Origin: Lingula anatina
Taxonomy: Eukaryota > Animalia > Brachiopoda
Direction: 5' to 3'
Length of the DNA stretch: 64,000 bases
NCBI GenBank assembly: GCA_051362555.1
Contig: CM120641.1
Coordinates: forward strand, 11,780,001 to 11,844,000
Numbering within the stretch: the stretch's first letter is position 1; each line of letters begins with the position of its first letter. Positions 42,401 to 51,674 of this stretch are shown here, one piece after another. The notes under the pieces were generated by a model that did no database searches, had not been told where the DNA came from, and was given only the letters and a program-made list of their open reading frames with translations. The position numbers were made by a program, and so were the translations under genes.

Positions 42401-45400
42401 ATGATGAACGCATGTCACAGATAGAATATTAGTATACTATACATTATGGTTGAGGTGATGCTACATGCCATGGCAATAAAAATCTAGCATTGCCTCAAGG
42501 AAAACCTTATGAGAGCAATCTTGGTTTGGCAAATTGTGAGAATGTTTTTTTTTTGTAACACGGAGGCTGAGAGTTGCGAGAAAAAATGACTGCAAGAGCA
42601 CATAAGAGATAATAGAAATGGAGAGAGGAATTAAAGATGTAGAAAGGTTATTGCATAATTTTCGGAAAAATGAAGTAATTTCTTTTTCAAATTAAGTAAA
42701 TAAACAACAAGCTGAACTTTTTTCTTTCTGTCCTCTTTTCTTTTTCTTCTTGGTTGTCTGCTGCAAGGCAGGTTCAGCGTCTGCCACAACATCCATCACA
42801 ATCTTCAGCTCTTCGTTTGATCTTACCATAACTTTCTCTTTCCTTCACAATCAAACACATCCTCAAATTTTGTCTGTCCCAAACAAAATCAATTTCCTTA
42901 GTAATATCTACAAATGTTGACACTGGCAACTCTCCATTGTCAAAAATCTCTATCTGATAATTAAACATCCACTTCATTTCATCGTACCTTCCTTATGGCC
43001 ACTGGCCTTTGGCTAGACCAATATCTCCTCATTATGAACATAAGTGGGCTGACCAAAATTAATTGATGTCACTTTCAATCAACAGAGATATCAAATCAAA
43101 CAAAGCCATCTGGTCATCAATTGCTCCATCATTCTTCATGACATGACCGCCATGCTCATAGGACTGTGGCTTTTGTTGGGGTGAACTCAAGCAAGAGCTG
43201 AGGTTACATGAGATTAAGGAGACTTCAAGTAATGCAATTACCAGCTGAAATCCAACACATGTATACTCACACCAAAGGTTAATCAGGCTGAAAACCTGCT
43301 TTATCTCTGGTTTCAAATATATTAAATCATGTAATGTGAATGTCTCTTATCATGGTCTTAAAATATATATGTATCATTACCTAAGCTGTTTTCTGAGCTT
43401 GTTCTCCAAGATGGTGACTGAACACAGTGCTGGCGGTCAACATCAGGTGTGGCTGGACTGGGCAGAGAGGGGGGGAGAGTGGACATATCAGGGACAGGTG
43501 CCTGCAGACGGTCTTGTTCCAGCTCAGTCATCAGTTGGGTTCGACACAAACAGAACTCATCAAACGAAATCTTGCCATGGACTCCAAGTTGAGTGATAAT
43601 CTCTTCTGCAGAGTCCTCCATTCCAAGAAGACGACACATGTTCTTCAAGTCATGACTGAAAATATTGGATCATAAAAAATGTTAACTCTTGCACATTTAA
43701 TTTAATACCAAATACACTAGTTATACACAAATAGGTGAAATAATAATTATTTATAAGTGTAAGATTACATACTAATAACAATTCTTTTGCATTTATTAGC
43801 AGAGACAAATTTAAAGTCTGCCATAAGAATTTTCTTTCAAGTTAAATTATTAGAATGCCAGGTTCACATAATAGAGGACAAACATTAATTTCTAGAAGTA
43901 ATTCAAATGCTCAAGTCATTGATTCAACCTAAAAAACACCTAAGCAGGGCAATATTGAGTTCAATAAAAGAACAGATTTACATCCATGATAGGAAGTGAC
44001 CCCATAGTCACAAGGAACCAATTAACCATAAAAAAGAGCAAAAAATCCTCCCATTATTCATATTCCTTGAGAAAATCTGAAGCTAATATGAATGAAAGAT
44101 GTGATTTATCTCTTAACTGGGTGAATCTCGAAGCTCCACTAATACAAAGTTCACAGTATTACTTTATCTGAGACTCTGAGACTGAGAGTTATCAGTTGCA
44201 TATGTTCCTCCTGAAATACCAGTGATCCTTAAAAGAATATTAAAAATTCTCTTTTATAAGTTTAATTTTATATTTATATTCCTACACTTCCATTCCTGAT
44301 CCTAACGACAAATTTTTAACCCCTTTCCCTCAATTGCTAAAATTGTTCCTATAAATATTGCAATAATAATAATACTGAAGCAAAATAAAGTGTTATCTTA
44401 ACAAAATTTCATTTTTAACGTCTAACAAATTCTGTATTTTCTTCAGTGACTGTACTAAATGGCCTGGCATTCTACAATCATCTTTTGTTAGATAATGATT
44501 CATATTTATAATGAAAGTAATTTAAAGATTTTTTTCTAAAACTCTCAGAATCAACAGTCCTGTTAATATCAGTTAACACATTGCAAGTGAGATATTCACA
44601 CTGCTATATTGTCAGTGAAATGGCACTTGAGTTGCCCTGACACTTATTTCTCTTGAAAGAAAGTCTATTCATGGAATACACAGCATTATCTTTATTTTCA
44701 AGAGACTACTTGGTTTCATATATTCCAAATCAATCCTCTATTTGAAGAGGCAAACTCTTACTTTCATGACTAAAATCAATACAAATATTCTGTCAGCTTC
44801 ATAATTACGGAAACAGTTCCAGACATCTAGCTCAACTCCACTTCAGAATTCTCACTGTTGGCATTCAGGGGGAGAAAATCATAAAACATCGACCAAATAA
44901 AAACAAACATTCCCTTTTATACTTGTCTCCACAAAGACCCAGATGTAACAATAAACCATCGATTCAGGTGAGGGAGTTCAATCAAGTGCACACTATTACC
45001 ATTTTATCACAAGGTTAAGGCTATCCCAGGCTCACATTAACCACACAATACCACTACTGGTGTGTCACCATGTACAGTTCTCTTCTCTGAAGTAAGAACA
45101 GTTATAGTTCTTTGTGGTAAACCCCACCATTCAACAGATATTTCTATACTGCACTTGAGAGACTGCACACTGATACTCACTTTATTCTCAATGTGCAGGC
45201 CTAGAATTTAACTATCAATTTTAAGCCACAAAGAGCAGACTTGAACATGTACAAAAATTAATACTTATTCAAGATGAAACAAGAATATTGCACAAAAAAA
45301 TTAATATATCACCCAGAAAAGTTAAGTGGTTTAAAAGTTCCCTTCAAGGCACACTACTGTTAATAGATCAGAAAATGAAATAACTATCATGTCCGCAAAG

Positions 45401-48388
45401 AGCACTTTCATTCCTGACAAGTTATCGTATTAAACAACCTGATAATGACTAGACAAATTTGTAAGGCATGGGATAATACTTATAAATAAAATAATCATAC
45501 CCAAAGGGTTCTTTCACTCTGTTAAGTCTCTTACCCTAATGGCCATTCCCGATAATAGGCTCTCTTGAATTGTTTTCAATTATAGTTTTTCTTTTCTTAA
45601 TAAAAAAGATTATGCATTAGTCCTTGTGGGATTTCATCAAGTTAAAGAGGTATGCAGAGTTCATGTGAAAAAAAAAACTGTCTAGATGCCATCAGTTTGT
45701 CTCACCATGGTCTAATGACCCTAAGCCAATCTGCTATCAAAATGAAAAGGAAATATCAAATTAAATTAAATTCCTCAGGGATTTCAACAGAACCAAAATC
45801 AAATGCCAATGTCTGTCATTCAGGTAATGTGTTTTAATACATCTTTATCAACTGTGAAACAATCATTTTTATGATCATATCAAAGGTAAACAATAAGGCA
45901 AAGAAAGACATATCCAGATGAGAATGTTATCACTGTCGCACAGAGGCAAGGTTCCTGGACCTTGTGCATTGTCTAATTTAGAGATATTTCTTTCTTTTTT
46001 TCTCTCTCTAGTCAACTGACACACAAATCAAGTCTAATCTTTACTGGTGAACAGTGCAACTTGCTGATTTAAAAAAAAAAAAAAGAAAAAAGACACATGG
46101 AAATACATTCAAGTAATGGATATTCATCTTGTGCATGTTAGAATCTTTCTCACAAAGGTAAATGGTCAAGAGGCAAGCAACCTTAGGTAGGAGTGAAAAG
46201 AATGTACATAAATAAACTTCTCCATCTTTCACAGAAAAGATTATCCCTGCATATTTGTAAACATAGCTGACCTAAATGAAGTTCACACCCCAAGGTCACC
46301 AAAATCCCATTAGGCTAAGTAAGCTTGCAAGTAAATAATCATATATCACACACCATGGGCATTGATTTACACTTCCTATCATGTCCACACCTTGCTACAG
46401 GTAATCTGCACAGGGAATAGGGCAGTTTGGAAGGATATTATTTGGAAGAGATAGTGTAGTCACTTAGGTTAATGCGAATCATATTTGATTCCTGTGAATC
46501 TGATGGCATGGCCTTGGCTTTGCATTCAATATACACATACGATCATATGGTAGTTAGCCTCCTCTAGCCTTCCTTAGGTTATGTTTATGTCTCTAGTTTG
46601 TATAAAGCTTGTACTCATCTCCAAGTAATATACACATGCATTATTGGCCTGTCATTCTCTGGCACATTCTTTCATACCAAGCTAGAAGTTACACCCAAGC
46701 AACAGACAGACAGTTATGCACTACACTGCAGATATGGCGTTATGCCATCAGCCATACTTGTGCATAACAAAAATATACACAGAGTGTATGCAAGCCACTT
46801 TTCTGGTAAAATAAATTGCAAACAGTTTTTTAAAGACTTTGTTTTAACAACAAAAAAAAAAGTCTTCAAAAGCAATTACCATTAGTCATACATCTGAAAA
46901 TATGCAACTCCTTTCCATTTAAAAATAATGTGAAACCTTCCAATCCCGTAATTTTAACCACTAACCTGATGAACACTGAAACAATTTCAAGGCATACTGA
47001 TACAAATGTGATAAATATGCATATTCTTTTGCAAACCTTCATAAATACGGAATAGAAATCTAATTTTCTGATCCAAATCTCCATAAACACAGAGGACAAA
47101 TCTAAAATCAATGTGAAAATTAGGAAATAATCCTCACTGGCAAGCAATGGAAGACCTGCTAACTACTCTCAGTCTCCATGGAAATATCCCACATTCTATC
47201 ACACCAGTGGTGAAGCTTTTAGTCCCTGTTGCAATGTTTTGATAAAATTTGCTTTTAGTGTTGGTGCCATATAGCATCCTGTGATCACTTAGTTTACAAA
47301 TTGCAGCAACAGACAGATACGGAGCAATGTCTATGCAGCTATTTCCTACAAATCTGATATTTTGACAATAATTCAATAGAGCTGATCTGCTAAAACATGT
47401 TATACTTATTACTTTCCTACACATGATAAACATATTAATGTTTTAAGTCTTCTTTCCAAATCTTATGCCTAGATACTGCATGGTTATTCCCATTATATGA
47501 CACTTACTCCTGCCAAAATACTTGCTGAGATTTTATCCCAACACATTTACATCCTAACTGCAAATCAATATGCACTCACTCAGTAAAGACTGATTGATTG
47601 CATGCATTTGTTTTATCCTGGAAAAACATTATACTTCACTTTTCAATCAAAATTAAGTGGCTTGGATCAAGCTAAGGTTCAAGTAAATTATATAACACAA
47701 TAAACAATTCAACACAATAACAATCCTATCAACTGACTGATCCAATGTGCTGTGAAATATAAGACTTTTGACTTTTGTTAATCTGGAGGTGGTCCCTTGT
47801 CTCATCTTTTTGAAGTCAATTTATTTGAAATGTTCATTCAAAATAAGTAACAACTACGTACAGCTCTGAAGATGGAAGATAGAATGCTTGCATTTTTAAA
47901 AACAAGAACTTAAATTTAAGTTTGACAGTATGCATGAAAATAGTACATTTGCTAAATACAACTTTAAGACCGCAGAAACTTGTTTGGGAGCGTATTGCGT
48001 GTAGACAGTTTTTATTAACAAGACTCGGTAAGATATGATCGTTTCAGGTGCTAACACCAAGTTCATAACAAATGTAAACAACACATGCAGTCAACACTTT
48101 GCACACATCATTTTGCGCCCTTTGCCCAAATTCTAGAACGCGAGCCCCAAACGCAGCTGTCATACCTTTAATGTAAAATCCCTCCTGACTTTAAGAGATG
48201 AATTTAAGATGACAACCGACTTTTTGGGGGATTTACCTGTCAATCAATCCATCTCCGTCTTCATCACATGCCTGAAATAATCTTCGCAGTCGCTCTTCCT
48301 CCCCCGTGCTGCTAGAGTCACTACCGCTGCTACTACATGATTTTTTCTCCTTGGAAGCACCAAGAGGAACGCCTGGGACATTGGCCAT
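8027..48388 (-). CDS. MCC: Colorectal mutant cancer protein (MCC) orthologue, whole gene, 17 coding exons, 3009 nt / 1002 aa
   Basis: Manual splice model complement(join(48237..48388,43381..43655,35477..35664,24306..24419,22172..22314,21520..21635,20962..21119,20596..20676,19903..20028,19432..19677,18497..18890,17946..18141,17297..17531,14802..14981,13715..13938,8885..8987,8027..8104)). All introns are GT-AG, phases are consistent and there is no internal stop. Peptides match recalled human MCC: SSTGEEERLRRLFQACD, RYEERITELHSVIAEL, DLENAVIMQELMAMKEE, REKKLKARVQELV...SEIRHQQSAEFVSDLKRANS, C-terminal ETSL. Confidence 0.95.
8209..8252. repeat. (GT)22 microsatellite followed by a GA/G-rich tract
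   Basis: Read directly; lies in the last MCC intron. Confidence 0.95.
8885..8987 (-). CDS. MCC: MCC exon 16
   Basis: ALVAAFEKAKKKYQGKVKKLEQQIQTISERYENQ; tgcag acceptor, gtaggt donor. Confidence 0.93.
11592..11686. repeat. (ATACA)n pentanucleotide microsatellite, about 19 units
   Basis: Read directly; two variant units. Confidence 0.95.
13715..13938 (-). CDS. MCC: MCC exon 15
   Basis: EEELDTSTPAITLAELRS...REKKLKARVQELVATLEKLSRNSEIRHQQSAEFVSDLKRAN; aacag acceptor, gtaagt donor. Confidence 0.95.
14802..14981 (-). CDS. MCC: MCC exon 14
   Basis: EEKAELKAHNYLIEKELKSLQLRLSGKESQEQAYMVQIDHLKCEI; gacag acceptor, gtaagc donor. Confidence 0.93.
17297..17531 (-). CDS. MCC: MCC exon 13
   Basis: TTSSTASSVDTEFSKVDEQRLRDYIQQLKNDRAAVK...RLDLENAVIMQELMAMK; ctcag acceptor, gtaagg donor. 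Confidence 0.95.
17946..18141 (-). CDS. MCC: MCC exon 12
   Basis: DDAYSGNQEEVAVALRRAVGARKSAENMARHLLQKMD...PWEDMSSTSRTT; tgcag acceptor, gtatgg donor. Confidence 0.92.
18497..18890 (-). CDS. MCC: MCC exon 11
   Basis: LPNPKVAEHLAHSLQECSNMQEIIQTLY...EFEIEMERLSAKIDHLKSQNDL...LIGKYESNNTALQLA; tacag acceptor, gtaagg donor. Confidence 0.95.
19432..19677 (-). CDS. MCC: MCC exon 10
   Basis: VRELQTRIQSVEA...VAKVAELKKLKTGGAERQVLGTEIASLG; gccag acceptor, gtaagg donor. Confidence 0.92.
19903..20028 (-). CDS. MCC: MCC exon 9
   Basis: LQLLRADNASLQDQIGRQETELNKCKAQMGGLREERDRLRRK; tacag acceptor, gtattg donor. Confidence 0.9.
20596..20676 (-). CDS. MCC: MCC exon 8
   Basis: VVKEMEEMNIDTPKEKVQVSHKQYEEQ; 81 nt, phase 0-0; tttag acceptor, gtttgt donor. 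Confidence 0.8.
20962..21119 (-). CDS. MCC: MCC exon 7
   Basis: FNLGADLNAELTRVVTELESAINERKK...EEKALQ; gccag acceptor, gtaatt donor. Confidence 0.87.
21520..21635 (-). CDS. MCC: MCC exon 6
   Basis: EEDEYEESEGQSNLSQKSNEEAGSCNENNANDSQAASI; tccag acceptor, gtagct donor. Confidence 0.85.
22172..22314 (-). CDS. MCC: MCC exon 5
   Basis: TEKLHLQREYADRLEQQAQRYEERITELHSVIAELRKKLDRHQINVI; aacag acceptor, gtaatg donor. Confidence 0.93.
24306..24419 (-). CDS. MCC: MCC exon 4
   Basis: LHAAALTSLKGEILDLTNRLHHVSSERDLLEKQLNKVH; aatag acceptor, gtaagt donor. Confidence 0.93.
24435..24476. repeat. (TA)21 microsatellite next to the MCC exon 4 acceptor
   Basis: Read directly. Confidence 0.95.
26585..26663. repeat. 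Perfect 26-bp inverted repeat (5-nt loop) plus a 24-bp direct duplication
   Basis: 26585-26610 is the exact reverse complement of 26616-26641; 26596-26619 is repeated at 26640-26663. Confidence 0.95.
26670..26820. repeat. Degenerate ~25-bp pyrimidine-rich minisatellite
   Basis: Recurring actaaccccttctctccatctc-like units. Confidence 0.7.
26969..27010 (-). CDS. MCC: Candidate alternative first coding exon of a short MCC isoform (MMNRYIRTQNLQEE)
   Basis: ATG ATG...GAG GAG followed by a perfect gtaagt donor in phase 0, in frame with exon 4 (LHAAALTSLKG). There is an in-frame TGA upstream. It could instead be an 87-nt cassette exon (26969..27055). Confidence 0.55.
33799..35143. mobile_element. 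Non-autonomous DNA transposon, hAT-like termini, 1345 bp, in MCC intron 3
   Basis: Perfect 14-bp TIRs CAGTGTTTCCCCTG (33799-33812) and CAGGGGAAACACTG (35130-35143); TCTAT on both flanks (33794-33798, 35144-35148); subterminal CGCCTCG repeats; CpG-rich relative to the host intron; no transposase ORF. Confidence 0.9.
35477..35664 (-). CDS. MCC: MCC exon 3
   Basis: cccag acceptor; SGGGKPESLDYDSGAQDL...FLEIANS; donor gtgagt, phase 0. Confidence 0.9.
43381..43655 (-). CDS. MCC: MCC exon 2 (EF-hand pair, second hand degenerate)
   Basis: ttcag acceptor; HDLKNMCRLLGMEDSAEEIITQLGVHGKISFDEFCLCRTQLM...SWRTSSENSL; donor G|gtaatg. Confidence 0.92.
48237..48388 (-). CDS. MCC: MCC exon 1 (start; EF-hand 1)
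   Basis: ATG at 48388; MANVPGVPLGASKEKKSCSSSGSDSSSTGEEERLRRLFQACDEDGDGLID; donor AG|gtaaat, phase 2. Confidence 0.92.
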
Positions 48389-48700
48389 TGTTGATAAGAC
48401 AAATTTACATCATGAGCGCAGAGAGTGCCAGCCTTCGTCTTGGAGAAGCAAACTTTTAACACAACAAAGCATGAACTTGCTGAGCGCACAGACGCCAGCA
48501 CTTGGTTCAAGGTGTAGTTTCGATACATTTGAGGCAGATTTGATGAGACATTCTCTATACGAAAATCAACTTCTTTATAATTTTGATTTTGTAGATACAA
48601 ATTAAGATCAAATGCATTGTTTTGGTCTTTGAGAAAAATCGCACATATTCTAATCGACGGCGACAATCGAAATCGACCAGCTTTGTTTCAATTAAGAAGT

Positions 48701-48744
48701 TTTTGATTGGACAAGCATCCATGACGTCAACAGGGAATTCCCTG
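48701..48744 (-). promoter_or_regulatory. MCC proximal promoter module: CCAAT box, CRE and kB palindrome
   Basis: ATTGG 48706-48710 (CCAAT on minus), TGACGTCA 48722-48729, GGGAATTCCC 48733-48742; about 320-355 bp upstream of the MCC ATG in a CpG-rich stretch. Confidence 0.6.
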
Positions 48745-49429
48745 CAAGCCTGCAAGCGAGAGTTGTTCACTTTCTTTTGGATTAATATAAATGCACTTCT
48801 GTTTCTCTTTTTCTTTTGTTCTTTGGTTGGTTTATATCTAAACTTATATCTCAGTTAGCATAATTTTATGACGAGTTTCGCAGCAAATTTACTGGTTTTG
48901 GTGCACTAACATACTGGCAAAAGAAGCGTGATATCAATCTGCGGGTGTTTAGTATTGTAGATTAACGCCAAATGCCATAAATAGCAGATTCCAGTCATGT
49001 TGTACTTGAATCTTATGATTATCAAGGAATTTTAAATAAGGGGTCGTCACTTCCTACATATAAACTAATCAGTGTATATAAAAAAGTGAATAATAATACG
49101 TAGACATTTAAAGAAATAAACTAACAAACAAACGATAGGACGTGGAAATAAAAAAAATAAATAAAATTTTTAAGAATAGGCCCTATACCAGGTTTCGTAT
49201 CATCTTATAACGCAAACATGTTTACATTTGAGGGCCTATCAGCTGAAGGAACTGTTATAGTGGTAATTTCATGGCCAAATTGCATCTTTTAAACATCCAT
49301 TTTTAACAAAATTATGACAGTTTGGTAAAATTATTTAGGTGTCAGAGTTATAATCAATGTATTTCACTCATTAGAAATAACTGCAATCAAGTTGTTTAGG
49401 AGGTTTTTTAAGTTGTTATGTATATTTTA

Positions 49430-49710
49430 CAGTAACGGATATAAGGGGTGTCAGGGGAGTCCTAACACCCCACCCCACCCCACCCCCCTTCGATTACTGA
49501 AAAAAGTCGCACCGACGGTCCCCTCTTGAAATTAGAATTTGGACTAGCTGAATCATAGTTCTAAACCGTACCAAATGGCACCGTTCGCCCTCTAAATACC
49601 ATTTTTTTCTGGGCCCTTCATCGGCCCCGACCCCACGCCAAAGGGGGGGGGAGGGAGGATCGGCTTCGCATCCGTGGCCCCCCCTTCAAATAATCTAGGA
49701 TCTGCCCCTG
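49430..49710. mobile_element. Degenerate hAT-like MITE (CAGGGGCGGATC-type ends)
   Basis: Right end ctaggatctgcccctg, decayed left end cagtaacggatataagggg, internal G/C runs typical of this MITE type; no TSD recognisable. Confidence 0.5.
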
Positions 49711-50767
49711 TTATACGATACAAAAACATATTGAGACGGACGCTTAGAACATCATCATTTTAAGGCCCATATCATATGAAGCTTATTAGGGTTCTTGTAT
49801 TTCAAAAGCTAAAAGCTGTAAGCTCTCTTAATTTAAAAGATATTACATGATATTCAATTATAGATAAGTAGGTTATGAAATTGTTGCCACTGTTGTAAAA
49901 CTATTAAAAAGAAAACAATGATAGCGTTAAAGGTGCAATTTCGGCATTATTTTCAGACTCAAAAGTTTGAATAACAAATGTGAAGCTGTTCAAATCCATT
50001 AATTGGAATCAAAGCTTTTAATGTTTTAACATACTATAATAATATTTTGATTTAGAATATATTTGCGGTTTCATTGCGATACATGTACATCCCCGGCAAC
50101 AGCAAAGTTAACGTTTTAATTAAATAAAAATGGAATAGTGAAGCTTCTGAACTTTTCTGTCACTAAAATGCTTATTTTGTGTTTATTTATGTCTTTCTCC
50201 AATAATGACTGCAGCTGCGAACTCCTCACTTGGCCATACAAGAATTGTTGGGCAGTGGTTCAACAATGGGCGATGATGTTTTGTCTTGGTGCAACTTGCG
50301 TAAACAGGGAGAGTAAACCTTGCGCACGGACAGTCGTATACGAGCAAATTTACGCCTCGTTGGTGAAACCGGGCCCGGATTACTAAATCAAAGCATCCGG
50401 GTTAGATACCGACGTAAGAATTTTTTATTTACGCGTGTTTCAAGGTAAACAATACAGGTAAATACAGCAGGCCATGCAGCCATCAATGTGTCCTCTTGGC
50501 GCAAACAGTAGCGCACAGGGTTTTGAACCAATGTGTGATGCCGACAGATAGGAGGAACGAAGACCCTAGAAGTAGGCAGGTTAGACTATGCTAGGCAAGA
50601 GTGTAAGGTCGCATTAATATATTCCCAATATACTATTACCTATTCAAGTTCAATAGGATATATGGGTTAATCTCTGCCAGTTTTGGAGTATTTCACATTT
50701 TAAAATCACCATTGAACAGTGCGACGTTGTATTTTGTTGAAATAGCGCAACTCCTAAACAGTATGTG

Positions 50768-50808
<41 letters not shown>
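50768..50808. repeat. Poly(A)41 tract
   Basis: Read directly; no flanking TSD seen. Confidence 0.9.
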
Positions 50809-50810
<2 letters not shown>

Positions 50811-51576
50811 GCTTTCAGTGTTGTGCTTAACAAGCTCTACAAAAATGCAACAAACAAGAGGTCTACACCTTTTACGGATCCAAAATTAGAGAGAGTTCTC
50901 AAAATTAGAGAGAGTTCGGCCGTTTCTCCCGTGAAAACACACCGATTGACCCCATTCTCACTAGGACGAATTAGGGAGACCCCTTGTGTAACCCCCAAGT
51001 GTAACGTCTCACCGTAATATCAAAGCATAGGTCTATGTAGCTTCTGAAAATAAGCACAAACAAATATTTTTTGGCAGGAAATCAATTTTTTCAATAACAT
51101 TTTGGCCCATTTGACCTGTCAATAATATACGCACATAACTTTTGGTCAGAATTCTGTAATAACTTTTCACATATTTTCTTCAGTTAGTGAGATATTTAGC
51201 ATTTAATTTTGAAAAATGTTGACAAGGATGCGTAGCGACGAGCTTCACACATAGGCAAATGCACCGACAGAACCCGGAAACTAAAGGGTTCAAGATGAAG
51301 ATTATGTTACCTAATTCCAAGAGATGAGGACATAGGGCCTAAATGTAGGTCCTTGTAGTGTAGGAGGAGAAGCGGTAACGGGAACTTGTATCCGCCGGCA
51401 TGACGCAGAGACGGGCCGGGACCACAACCATGAGTACCGCCATCACTCACGATTGTGGTACGAATGAGTTATTCTACCTCAGTTTTGTTGAAAAACACAA
51501 TAAGCACAGCTAGCACAATCAGTACAACCGCTTTGTCACATAGTTCAGAGAAGTTGATATTTGTTAGCGTAGTATC

Positions 51577-51674
51577 GTGGCTTTGATTGTTAAACTTTAT
51601 TCTATTTATCCAGTCTTGTAGGTGCAGGTGGCTTTGATTGTTAAATTTTATTTTATTTATCCAGTCTTGTAGGT
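51577..51674. repeat. Tandem duplication, 51-bp period, 2 copies
   Basis: gtggctttgattgttaaa(c/t)tttatt(c/t)tatttatccagtcttgtaggt starts at 51577 and 51628. Confidence 0.9.

Noticed and set aside
50768-50808. Poly(A) tail of a retroposon or processed pseudogene
   Set aside because: No target-site duplication, Pol III A/B boxes or coding remnant found upstream.
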